64,000 nt of DNA from Rhina ancylostomus (Eukaryota). The stretch covers positions 54,295,259-54,359,258 of the forward strand of contig JARFYF010000007.1 of the NCBI GenBank assembly GCA_030265395.1, given 5' to 3'. Made by a program: the position numbers and the translations under genes. The notes below the pieces were generated by a model. The model saw only the letters and a program-made list of their open reading frames with translations. It made no database searches and had not been told where the DNA came from. Shown here one piece after another: positions 38,600-49,853 of the stretch (position 1 is the stretch's first letter; each line of letters opens with the position of its first letter).

Positions 38600-40045
38600 A
38601 ACCCTGTAAGGGATGCTGTCCCTTTCTCCCAACTTCGCTGTCTCCACCACATCTGCTCTCAACATGAGCCCTTCCATTCCAGGACATCTGAAAAGTTCTC
38701 TTTTCAGAAAAGATGGCTTCCCCTCTACTATCATTGATAGAGCCATCTCTCACATTTCCCTCAATTCCCAGACTTCTGCTCTCCTCCCTCCAAACAGGAC
38801 AAAGATACGAGTTTCCCTAGTTCCTACTTTTCATCCCAACAACCTCCGCATCATTTCCATCAGCTGCAAAGGAATCCCATCACTCGCCACATCTTCCCCT
38901 TTCCGCCCCTTTACACCTGCCGCAGGGAAAACTCTCCCTGTGACTCCGTGGTCTGCTCATCCCTACACACCTACCCCTCCCTGACCCCTGGCACTTTCCC
39001 CAGGAACAGTAGGAGGGGTAACACCTGTTCCTCCCTCACCAGCACTCAGGGACCTAAACAGCCTTTCCAGGTGAGGCAAAGATTCACGTGCACCTCCTCC
39101 AAACTTTCTACTGCATTTGGTGCTCCTGATGTGGCCTCCTCTATANNNNNNNNNNNNNNNNNNNNNNNNNNNNNNNNNNNNNNNNNNNNNNNNNNNNNNN
39201 NNNNNNNNNNNNNNNNNNNNNNNNNNNNNNNNNNNNNNNNNNNNNNNNNNNNNNNNNNNNNNNNNNNNNNNNNNNNNNNNNNNNNNNNNNNNNNNNNNNN
39301 NNNNNNNNNNNNNNNNNNNNNNNNNNNNNNNNNNNNNNNNNNNNNNNNNNNNNNNNNNNNNNNNNNNNNNNNNNNNNNNNNNNNNNNNNNNNNNNNNNNN
39401 NNNNNNNNNNNNNNNNNNNNNNNNNNNNNNNNNNNNNNNNNNNNNNNNNNNNNNNNNNNNNNNNNNNNNNNNNNNNNNNNNNNNNNNNNNNNNNNNNNNN
39501 NNNNNNNNNNNNNNNNNNNNNNNNNNNNNNNNNNNNNNNNNNNNNNNNNNNNNNNNNNNNNNNNNNNNNNNNNNNNNNNNNNNNNNNNNNNNNNNNNNNN
39601 NNNNNNNNNNNNNNNNNNNNNNNNNNNNNNNNNNNNNNNNNNNNNNNNNNNNNNNNNNNNNNNNNNNNNNNNNNNNNNNNNNNNNNNNNNNNNNNNNNNN
39701 NNNNNNNNNNNNNNNNNNNNNNNNNNNNNNNNNNNNNNNNNNNNNNNNNNNNNNNNNNNNNNNNNNNNNNNNNNNNNNNNNNNNNNNNNNNNNNNNNNNN
39801 NNNNNNNNNNNNNNNNNNNNNNNNNNNNNNNNNNNNNNNNNNNNNNNNNNNNNNNNNNNNNNNNNNNNNNNNNNNNNNNNNNNNNNNNNNNNNNNNNNNN
39901 NNNNNNNNNNNNNNNNNNNNNNNNNNNNNNNNNTCAACCCAAAATGTCGACAATTCCTCCCCCCAGCCACCCCCGACCCCTCCACAGATGCTGCTGGAAC
40001 CTGCAGTTTGTTCTGTGCTCCAGAGTCTCTTGTGTCTCTAGAGTT
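38600..40045 (+). mobile_element. Penelope-like element 3' half spanning a long gap
   Basis: SSLFRKDGFPSTIIDRA, QGPKQPFQVRQRFTCTSSK; terminal repeat after the gap (CCACAGATGCTGC). Confidence 0.85.
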
Positions 40046-40619
40046 TTATCTCTCACTGCTCTGAGGTATCATCACGGTGCTATTGGAGCTCTAATGTAAC
40101 AGCACTCAGACATCTATTCATTCAAAGCAAAAATGTCATCACTAACCCTGACATGAGAACACCTGCTCCAACATAACACTCACACATCCGATCAATGCAA
40201 CATTGATTCTATTGTTACAATACCCACATCTGAGCATGGAAGGTCACATGGGTTAGATCGGGGCATAGAGCTGAAGTTTCCAAGAATATGAACATGAATA
40301 GAAGCTGACTACAATCACCAGCCTCTGCACTTAACTGGCACATTAGTCTGCTTCTACAATAATCTAAAACTAAAAGGGTGATTGCCTATTAATAAAAGCT
40401 AATAAATTAATGCCACGATATTTTAACACACCTTTAAACTTATGGGCAGCTCCACAAATTTCCCAGGCTTTCTTAAAATGTCCATTCACACCAAGGCCAG
40501 AATACAACAAAAATTGAAGGTGTTGTTAAAAAAATTCAGATAAATATTTAGTACTCACATTAACAAAACAACCATGACCACAAATTGTTGTTGACTGAAC
40601 TTCAGCTGGACACTCAGAG

Positions 40620-42200
40620 GGGAGCAGCACCTGTAATACAGGATGTACAGGTGAAGCTTCCTTGGACTTCAGTTTGTCACAGACACTTACTGTTTCCTGG
40701 AAGATGAGCTCCTTGCTGGACCTGATGGCCAGATGCTGCAAATGGCCATCAAAGGTACTGCCAGGCTCAACATTGTTGTCTCTGGATTTTTTCAAGGTCC
40801 TGCAGGAAATACATCTAGGATCAAGTCACATCAATGACAAGTAACACCTATGCCATATAATTGCCGGGTAATAGTCATCTCCAACAAGATAGTCTTACTA
40901 CCTTATTTCGAGATCAGTGGCATTCATTGCCTTGCCTGCCAACATCAATAACTTGAGGATGACTATTGATTAGGAACTTAACTGGACAAGTTGCATAGAG
41001 ACTGTGGCTAGAAAGCCTGGGTATCCTGCAGCAAGTGATGCACATCCTGACTTCTGAGGCCTTCCATCATCTACAAGAAACAAGTTAGGAGTCCAATGGA
41101 ATACTTTCCACTTGTTTCAATGGATACAACTCCAACAGCATTCAAGAAGCTCACCAACCTAAGGTTTCATTCCTTATACCACATTTTCATTGTGGTTGCA
41201 GTGTGTATCCATACTTGGACTGTGTCAATCAGCCAAGCTTCCTCCCATAGCACTTCCCAAACCCATGATCTCCATTGTCTAGAAAGACAAAAGCAGCAGG
41301 CAGATGAAGATGTCACAACATTAACTTCTACTCCAAGTCACAGACCATACTGACTTGAAAATACATAAAGCATTCCTTTATCTTTGCTTGGTTAAAAATC
41401 CTGGAGCTCACAACCTAACAGTGCTGCCTCACCCTGAACATACAGACTGCAGTGGTTCAATAAAGGAGCTCACAATCATTTCCTCAAGGTACTTAGGGAC
41501 TGTAGATAAAAGCTGACTCTGCTAATGATGTCTGCATCCTACAACAGAAGTACTGTCACCCAAATACTTAAGGCATTGTTTATTTGCAAGGGCATGTAAA
41601 GCTATGCCTAGAGTGATTGGTGATGAAAATGGTTGCACTGGCTTGCACCTCAGGCTGGCTTACTGGCTGGCTTCTTGAGAATGCAGGGAATCATTAATTG
41701 AACACACCAGATAATCCAGGCTTCCCCATGTCAACCAAGAGGGTTTGTGTTCTGAATGGCCTTCAGTGTGGACCAGTAAAGAGATCTTTCTTCAGATGTG
41801 CACAAGAATTCAGTGAGCTACCCTGATGCCCTCTGACATTTTTGGACTTTGGCTGCTTGGAGACAAATGGTGCACTAGTGAGTTTAAAGTATACTCACTA
41901 GAAAACCCAGCAAAAACAAAACCTGCAGTGAAAAGCACAAGTGTCATTGTGGAAATCGCCAGCACACTGAAGATACTCTTCGTGCTTCTGGGCAGCTTAG
42001 AAAATGCCCTGTAGTTACACCATCCAGCATGTTCTGTTGCTCTGCAAGATATAGTGCAGCAAAGAGATTTGGAATTGTTGGATGAGAATCCAGTGAAACC
42101 ATTTCATCTATGAAGAATGAAGCATGAGATGGACGGAGGTTGAGGAAGAGGAATAATATCATGAAAAAAGCAAGGTAACTGAGCCAGTGGAGTCTCAGCT
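40620..42200 (+). pseudogene. PIF/Harbinger (HARBI1-type) DDE transposase pseudogene split by a LINE
   Basis: VTDTYCFLEDELLAGPDGQMLQMAIKGTARLNIVVSGFFQGPAGNTSRI (40676-40825). After the LINE: LLAGFLRMQGIIN*TH, FLQMCTR, LWLLGDKW...LENP, STSVIVEIASTLKILF...ENAL, ALQDIVQQRDL. Confidence 0.85.
40830..41545 (+). mobile_element. LINE family B 3' portion nested in the Harbinger transposase
   Basis: Colinear with 55960-56690; ends GATAAAAGCTGACTCTGCTAATGATGTCTGCATCC. Confidence 0.78.
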
Positions 42201-42451
42201 GCTCACATTGTCACCTGAATTTCAGATGCTCTTATTAGTGCAAATTTCACTTTGAAACCCACACCGGATGGAAGATAGAGCTGTATGCTGTGTCCAGTCT
42301 AACCTCACCCCTACCTCCAATACCACATCAAGCACATGCCCAAGTGTACATTACAGATCCTGTCGCATCTCCCCTTCCTAGGTCCTGCCACAAACAATGA
42401 CCCCTGTCAATTCATGATATCTCAGACATTGTCAGCATATGTTAAACTAAA

Positions 42452-42779
42452 AACAGAACACTAGAAGAACGCAGCAGGTTAAGAGGCAAACGTGGAGGCA
42501 AAAGGTATAAGTTGATACTTTGGGCCAAAGCCCCGCATCAGGACCGAAAAGCAAGAGGAAAGATGGTCTCTATATAGCAGTTTGAGAGAGGTGTGGGATA
42601 GAGGCTGGTAGGTGAAAGGTGGAACCAGACAGGGAGGGCAATGATGGGTAGATGGAGCCCAATGGAAAGGGAACGTGGGAGAGAGGCTGGTCGGTCATAG
42701 GTGAAACCAGAAGGGAAGGAGATGGAAGAGTTCAGCTTAGGAGTTCAATTCCAACATCTGCAGTCTTTTTTGAATTAGC
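42452..42779 (-). mobile_element. Penelope terminal-repeat insertion with short inverted tail
   Basis: 13-bp TSD ATGTTAAA(C/T)TAAA at 42439-42451 and 42780-42792. Decayed hammerhead on the minus strand (CTGATGC-GGGGC-TTTG-GCCC-AAAGTATC). Confidence 0.75.
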
Positions 42780-43649
42780 ATGTTAAATTAAATTGTTATG
42801 CACAAATAAAGAATAGGCAAGTTGAGAAAGGGAGTCAAAGTAACAGATTTTATGTAATCTTACTCGGAGAAAGTGTACTTCATGACTTCAGGACATTTCC
42901 AAAGCTCTAAGGTGCAGATATTTTTGCAATGTATGAAATGCAGCAAGTAGTTTGCACATTAAAACATAAGTTTCACTAAATGCATTTTCTCTATACCCAG
43001 TATCTGTCCTGCTGTTCCAAAGCTTGTGGCTCCCATGACTTCAGTAGATATAGAGGGAGGCTGGTCACTTCACTGTTCTATCAAATTGCATTGAACTGCA
43101 TACTCTGTGATTTGAAGCTGTGAAGCTCCCAGCGAAGGCTGCACCACCTATCTCTGTTCAGAGCCAGTTTGGACCATTAAAGGCAACTTGTCAGGTACTG
43201 ACTGAGATGGAGGCTGGGTGAGTGAAGTGAGCAGTAGGTGAGAAATGGAAGTGCTTTGTGAGGAGTCACTTCCATGTTCTGTCTCACCATCATTCCTCTT
43301 ATAAATCAACAGCACTTCACTAGCACTCCACTAACACAGCAGAGTGAGGTGTTATAGAGCCAAGGGAAAGGTATTTGTCATTCTATTTAAGGTGGCAGAC
43401 AAGTTAGCATTCAAAGTCTCGTCTTGGAGACATGTATGGGCTCATTTGAAAGCCAGGGTTAATCTTCTGCAGAGTTGGCTACCCTATCCATGCAAGGATA
43501 TAGAGTTGCTATCTCTTGCAATATCATCCCACCATTGCCTGAAGTGAACTTTTCCATCCTCCTTGCAATCATAGTCAACATGTTGGAATGCCTGTAAATG
43601 AACACATCCTCTGTTGCTGTTCAGTCAAAATCCCTTCTGATCAACAGCC

Positions 43650-44640
43650 TTGAGGGTTCAGCAACTGTTCACCAGTGTGTAGTTTAAAGAGGGCCACATT
43701 CTCTGATGTGAATTCTTCAGAGATATTCCTGTCTGTTCTTGCTCACTTGTAAAGTGTGAGTCACCAAGTGGAAAACCAACTAACTGTCTTGCTGGTTCTA
43801 CTGAAGTGTGAGTATATGAGTTGGTGCTTGGTAAGCACAAATGCTGTGATGGTGTATCCTCTGAAGGAACCTGCTCCTCTGAACCATCATTGTTGTTGAG
43901 ATTCAGGAACTCTTGTTCCTTGTCCAAGCACCCTGGTAAAAAGAAAACATATGATTACTACTAGCAGGCTAAGAATGTTACAATCTACCAAAATAAAGGT
44001 GATTACATTGCAATCTCAGTTAAGATCAAGTCAGCAAAACTGCGCCTTAGAAGACACATTTGCATTATACTTTATTCTGTTCGTGGTAGATATTCACCAC
44101 CCTATCTTTGAATGTTAGTTGGAATGGAGACAACCCTGGTTTCCAATGCTTCCACAACTGCAGTTGTTAGCTGTGAGATCTGCAGAGGATCATCTCTGGT
44201 CCCCTCCATCCTCCTTGAAGCATCAGTTTGTATAATGCTGGGAGTGAGCAATAGAGATGGATGCCGAGACAAGAGTGAATGGCCATGGCAAAAAGATGGA
44301 TGAAGCTGCGAGGAAATGAAGAGAAAGATGAAAGCTGGCAACTTAGGTGGGTGTGAGGAGTGAGCTGATGAAGCAGGTTTCACAAAAGGAGGGTTGGGGT
44401 GGTGTGGGGTACTGTACAAAGCAGGGTGTCAGTCAGTGTGAAGTTTACTCACCTATCCTCAGCTGGATATCTGCTGACAGTGCATCTTCAACTGAATCCA
44501 AGAGCGTGACATGGTGCTCCTGCTGCGGGGACACCGGCAGCTGCTCTTCATTTGTGAAAACAGCAGATTTCTTCCTCCCATTTCAAGGAAGAGTATATCT
44601 CACCTCATACCTCCCTGCGGTTTGGGGAGCAGTCACAGGC
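43650..44640 (-). pseudogene. Harbinger Myb/SANT-like second gene remnant, probably spliced, convergent with the transposase
   Basis: Minus strand DILF/P*NGRKKSA at about 44600-44560, donor-like GTGAGT at about 44450, RRMEGTRDDPLQISQLTTAVVEALE, acceptor TTTTCTTTTTACCAG at about 43935, then an acidic Ser/Thr-rich ORF 43658-43927. Confidence 0.55.
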
Positions 44641-44692
44641 AATTGAGCAAGACTGACTTCAAAACGCAAATCACGTTGAAATGAAAATCAAG

Positions 44693-44876
44693 AAACTGTA
44701 GAAGCTGGAAATCTGAAAGAAAGACAGAAAATGCTAGAAATACTCAGCCGGTCAGGCAGCAGTCCAGGGAGAGAGAAACAGAACTGATGTATGGCCTTTG
44801 TCACAAATTGTTAACTCTGTTTCTCCACGGATGTTGACTGACCCGCAGAGCATTTCCAGCACTTTCTGTTCCTGTT
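44693..44876. mobile_element. Fold-back Penelope-repeat insertion
   Basis: About 44724-44787 is an inverted copy of about 44810-44876; the hammerhead segment is missing at the centre. Confidence 0.78.
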
Positions 44877-44989
44877 AAGATGACTACTTCATAGCCCCTT
44901 CCTGCGATAAGTGTCAATTCTGCTTTTCATACCTTTGGTGCAGAAAACATGAGTTGACTGAAATCATCTAGTAGATGTGCAATGGTTAT

Positions 44990-45640
44990 GTAGTCATATT
45001 TGGAGGAAAAGGTGCAAACTGAATTTGGATTGATGGACCCAGGTAGCTAATGTCAAGGCAATTTATGACTGAGATCAAGAAATTGACCAAATGTTTAATA
45101 TCCCAGAATGAATAGAGGGATTCAAGTACAGTCAGTGGACAAGATATAAAAACAGAGTGAATGGCATAGTTAAACTATGCCTGTTCTTCTCTGACCCTCT
45201 GTTTTTAAACTATCCACAAGCCTATAATATTCACAACAGAGAAATCAGCTCAGCAAGGCTGCTTATGTCCAGTTGTATCTATGCCTTTGGAAGTGCTAAC
45301 AGGAGCCATTGAATTGAAAATCATCAGAAAGAGTATGTTAGCTAATCAGACAAGCAAACAGATTTCAATTGGAAATACCATTGTATGCCTGAAGGATTTG
45401 TTCCTTTACACATGGCATTTCATATCAATATACAGTCAGCTGATCTCATAATAGAGATGCAGGTGGAGAAGTTTTGTTTTATTCCCATCTGAAATGCAAT
45501 CCCATTGTGAATATTTAACTTGACTTCCCATCTGAAACCCCACTGACATGAAACTATTATAAAGGTAACCCCACTGTAACAATTGAAGTTGTGTCTGAAC
45601 ACTTGGAGTGTAATTCAAAATTGTGACTTGTAAAATACAG
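44990..45640 (+). mobile_element. 3' end of another copy of the ERV family (pre-PPT region plus partial LTR from about 45162)
   Basis: Colinear with 49850-50510 (AAATTGACCAA, AACAGAGTGA, ACTATCCACA, CTATAATATTCACAA, CTGAAACCCCACTGA, ACTTGGAGTGTAATT). Confidence 0.8.
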
Positions 45641-45849
45641 CTCTTCCCTAGTTAACAAAAGGGATATGTTCCTAAAGAACTACTGTTATACAAAAACTCA
45701 AACAGCAGGTGATGCAGTCAAACCTTAACTTTTGTAAGGGGATATCAGCCTCTGTGGATGGTGAGAGGAATCAGGATGAAATAAGTTAAAATAAACAGTT
45801 GTAGTTTTGATAAGCTGAAAAATCATAGCTTTCAAGTCACTCACCGAAT

Positions 45850-45937
45850 CACAAAAAAAACTACTAGAGGAACTCAGCAGCTCGAGCAACATCTGCAGAA
45901 GGAAAGGAATTGTCAATGTTTCAATTCAAGACCCTAC
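45850..45937 (-). mobile_element. Penelope terminal-repeat fragment; continues at 47621-47629
   Basis: GAGGAACTCAGCAG...GCAACATCTGCAG...GTCAATGTTTCAATTCAAGACCCTAC|ATCA. Confidence 0.7.
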
Positions 45938-46330
45938 TGTCAAGATCTTGATCGAGAGCAAACTCACAGAGAACCCAAATGTGGCACACTGATACAAAAC
46001 TGGAGTCACATTACCTCCTCAAGACGAACACAGGCAGTAACCGGAAGGTATCTTGCCTCAGAGATCGGAAGAGGAATCCCAATACGAACTGGATCTTCAC
46101 AAAGGAATAAAGAACACAGGACTGCTCTAGAATGAGCCACTCTAAGCAACTAGGAGCCAAAGGTAGACCAATACTCTGGCAACTAGTGCCACAGAAACAG
46201 ATACTTATGCTAGGCCCCTGATGGGGCTCAGGTGTGTATCGTTATACAATCAGTCCAGCATGGAATCCATGTGCTGGACAATAAGGCATTAATGGAGCCA
46301 AATTGAGGGCCAGAACTCAGAACCATGACA
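45938..46330 (-). mobile_element. LTR (Gypsy-like family 1), 393 bp
   Basis: TGTCA...TGACA termini; reverse-complement homologue of 2499-2757; left flank CCTAC. Confidence 0.9.
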
Positions 46331-46489
46331 ACCTGTGGCCAAACCAACCAATGAAAAAAGCATATATTCACCTGATGGACGAACCAATAATCTGGTAAGC
46401 AGCTATTTCTTGTGCAGCCACTTGAGGTGTATGAAACACTATACATGTTAAAAAACTAATTAAAACAGTTGAATCCAACAACTGTGACC

Positions 46490-46690
46490 TTCATCTTATC
46501 TATATCCCTCACAATTTTATGTACCTCTATAAAGTCACCCCTCATCCTCCTATGCTCCAGGGAAGAAAGCCGCAGCCTCTCCTCTTAACTCAAGCTCTCC
46601 CATCCTGGCAACACCTTCATGAATCTATTCTGCATCTTTTTCAGCTTAATGACATCCTTCCTCTTGCTGGGTGACCAGAACTGCTCATCT
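46490..46690 (-). mobile_element. CR1 fragment
   Basis: Homologous to 62275-62640 (CTATAAAGTCACCCCTCATCCTCC...GGGTGACCAGAACTG). Confidence 0.8.
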
Positions 46691-47449
46691 GGGTCATCTG
46701 GCAGTCAGTCACCAGCAATGACTCATTACGGTGGTGAGGTGCAGCCCTGAGACCCACATGTCAGTGCAATCACTTCATCAACAGCCTGGAGCCATGGACA
46801 AGGGCACCAGTGGAGGGTAGGGGTTCATACCAGGTTCCTAGCACAGCAGCATGCGGCATTGGGGAGGGGAGGGCAAGGTTTTGTGCCAGGTTCCTGGCAC
46901 CCAGGCACACAAGTACTATCAGTAACACATCCATATATAATGACGTTTTGACCTCTTTGCCCCCTATTTCCATTAGCACTTTCATTCTTGAGAACACATC
47001 CTGAGTGGTAAGTGAAGCAGCAGTACATTTTGCATGGAACTTCATTACATAAATATACTTGCAAATAAACTAACCCAAAAAAACTTGTAAATACCAGCAG
47101 AGACATATGTTTCTCCCCATTGACGTAATAGCGGTGTAAATCAATGTGAGAAAATTCACCTGCAAAACGTCTATTCCAAACGGAGTCTGACTTTGACAAT
47201 TCAATCAAAAGATCTGCAAATGTGAAAGGTAAGCAAAGGTAAAAAATGTACAGATGCATCCCTTAATAATACATTAAAATATTTGAAAAATATATTTGTC
47301 AAAATGAGATGTTAGTGCTGGGTAATGGAATACCTCAAGCATTTCAGGTNNNNNNNNNNNNNNNNNNNNNNNNNNNNNNNNNNNNNNNNNNNNNNNNNNN
47401 NNNNNNNNNNNNNNNNNNNNNNNNNNNNNNNNNNNNNNNNNNNNNNNNN

Positions 47450-47620
47450 AGGTAGACCAATACTCTGGCAGCTAGTGCCAGAGAAACACAGGTACTTATG
47501 CTAGGCCCCTGATGGGGCTCAGGTGTTTATCGTTATGGAATGAGTCCAGCATGGAATCCATGTGCTGGACAACAAGGCATTAAAGGAGCCAAAATGAGGC
47601 CATAACTCAGAACCATGACA
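47450..47620 (-). mobile_element. Partial second copy of the family-1 LTR after a gap
   Basis: Matches 46161-46330 with roughly a dozen differences (by eye); right flank CCTAC at 47621-47625. Confidence 0.9.
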
Positions 47621-47629
47621 CCTACATCA

Positions 47630-48380
47630 ACCCCAAATGATTTTATTGGGTTTTGCCAACCTTTAAAAAAGGTAATATACATTGCCTAGTGCTGGTGGAT
47701 AATGTCACCAAATGGGCAAAAGCAGTGACCTGCGAAACAGTCACAGTTTGGTGGATGATAAAGATACTGGGCAAGGGACTGTTCTCCTGGTAGAATCAGC
47801 CCAGTGAAGCCATTTTACAGGCTAGTTTCTGTAGACCACTCTGGAATTATTAGGCATGGACTGTAAGTGGTACATGGCTCAGAACTTGCAGTGATCAGAG
47901 ATTAGAGAGGGAATAAAGACGATCTTGAAGCTAGCCCTCCAAAAAGAGTTGGAAGGGCAGTCCACTAAATGAGATAAGGTGTAGTAATTAGGATTAGAAC
48001 CAGAAATTCACAGGGCATGAAATACTCTCAGAATGAATTGGTAACAGGGAGACCCATGTGTACTCCAACATTTTTCCTGGTCCACACATCATTTGTGAAA
48101 TGGGTAGTGGAAGGAAATTAGGACAATCATGTGGAAGAGTTATGGGAAATGTTAAAGTAGATACACCTTGATGGTACCCAAAATATAGGGAGATCTCATG
48201 AAATTACCTAAATGGGCTCCAGGCAAACTCCAGGAAGTGGAGGACCAGGTGATGGAACAGAACTGTGTAGGGATGGGAGTATTTGAAAGGGTCACTATTA
48301 TATTCTGAGCTAAACAAGTCCAATGCTGTGTGCAGTTCAGCTACGAAAGTGAATTGATCATACACGTGTGTTGTGTGGGA
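47630..48380 (+). pseudogene. Retroviral-type integrase (DDE core plus GPY/F C-terminus), decayed
   Basis: DFIG/LPTFKKGNIHCLVLVDNVTKWAKAVTC...VESAQ*SHFTG*FL*TTLELLGMDCKWYMAQNLQ*SEIREGIKTILKLALQK...KYSQNELVTGRPMCTP...EVEDQVM...KGHYYILS*TSP. Confidence 0.92.
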
Positions 48381-49853
48381 ATGTGAAGATGGTGAAGCAG
48401 AGGAAGATTTAATCCTTTTTTTGGTGGAATCTATTCAGAGAAGCCGACCCTGGTTCAACAATAGAACAACAACAACTACAACAAATTCCATTGCAGGGGC
48501 AAACAGTTATAGTTCTTTGGAAGAACAATTGATAGAGCTTAAAGATGTTCCAACTTGATGTGTAAGTCAGGTGACTAAGCCATCAGGTTGGATAAATGTT
48601 CATTTATCTTAGGGTCCTAACCCCAGCAGGAAACATATGATGGACCTTTTGATTTGGGAAGATGCTTGCAATGCTTGGAGGATGTTCCAGGGAAGGAAAG
48701 ATGTGGAGGAGGCTGTGGAGGCAGTAAGGGGACCATCAGAATTCCTGAACATTACAAGAGTAGTGAGGGATAGGACAGGACTAAACAGGATTAATGGTGA
48801 TTATTTTACCAATTGATCCAATCTATTTAAAAATGTTGTGACTCTCCCCACAATAGGCCAAACTGAATACAAAGGAAGTTTCCAAATTAATAATAAACAG
48901 TCAGTTGAAAAGTTTCTAGAAGGATAGGAATATCGTTCCTACAGCAAGTGCAATTAGACTGGGTCTACCAGCACAAGAACATAACTGGTAATTTAAAGGA
49001 TAGTGGTGACAAAAAATGACATACTCCACTGGATTACACAGTGGGTGTGGATGGAATGATATGACAGTCCCAGAGAAGACAAGATGTAGTCAAATCTCTG
49101 CCTTGATAATATAATGGAGCATTCTCCATCAATGAGTGGGACCAGGATCCCTATCACTGGCAGTAACTACAGGCCAACACTTCCTTGTGAGGTGAGCCTA
49201 CAGAACGAAAGTGGAGCATGAATACTGTGTGACAGCATGTTCCTGGAATACCAGCACAGGGACCAATAGGCCTGTCCAGTTACATAGATTTTATTTTGTT
49301 TTACCCCAGGTTAACTTAGAAAGCTTGGAGTACTGGTTTCACTAGACACGTGTTCACATCAGCAGTTGGATGTGGTGACAGTAGAGAGGTTAGAAGAGCA
49401 ATTATATCATTATATAGTGTGCCTCAGGCATGACACTTCAACCTTACCAGAACACTACGTAGAGCTATTGTATTGAGTTAACCAGTCATAAAAGCATTAT
49501 TACACTCTAACACAAGATAATAAAAAGAGCTGATAAGGGGATCTCTCATGGGTGATGACTCATCACAGTGGGATTTTGGCTTGAATACTGAAGTTTGTTC
49601 AGGGATCAGAATTCTATCATATATTCGGCTTGTGGCACATCTGCTCATTATGCGTGAGTTGATCTGGAATCTGCACCAGAAACAGAGATGGAAAAGACTG
49701 GCCAAGTCTATTGCCAAAATTATAGCAAAATCCTGACAAGAAGGCCTGCTCCAGGCTGAGGTAAGAAGATTATTACACAATATACTAGCTCAGCAGGAAC
49801 AGGAGAAACCTGATTTCTTGCGAAGTCAAAACTTCAGTCACTTGAGGGTGTAA
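48380..49853 (+). pseudogene. Decayed envelope-like frame of the ERV
   Basis: Lies between integrase and LTR. Fragments: SSLEEQLIELKDV, WEDACNAW, VTLPTIG, GCGWN, EYCVT, ACPVT*ILFCFTP, LPEHYVELLY*VNQS*KHYYTLTQD, WDFGLNTEV, a hydrophobic stretch IRILSYIRLVAHLLIMRELIW and a basic tail. Confidence 0.65.

Noticed and set aside
38948-40099. Long ORFs of 270-383 aa in the ORF track
   Set aside because: Almost entirely N-gap (X residues); the same applies to the ORFs at 24242-24551 and other gap-spanning ORFs.
44990-45640. 5' LTR of the 47.6-51 kb provirus
   Set aside because: It includes sequence homologous to the internal region upstream of the 3' LTR and is too divergent from it; it is a separate 3' end.
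45637-45756. Possible Tigger/pogo-like MITE truncating the ERV LTR
   Set aside because: The left end is suggestive but the right TIR is too poor to call.
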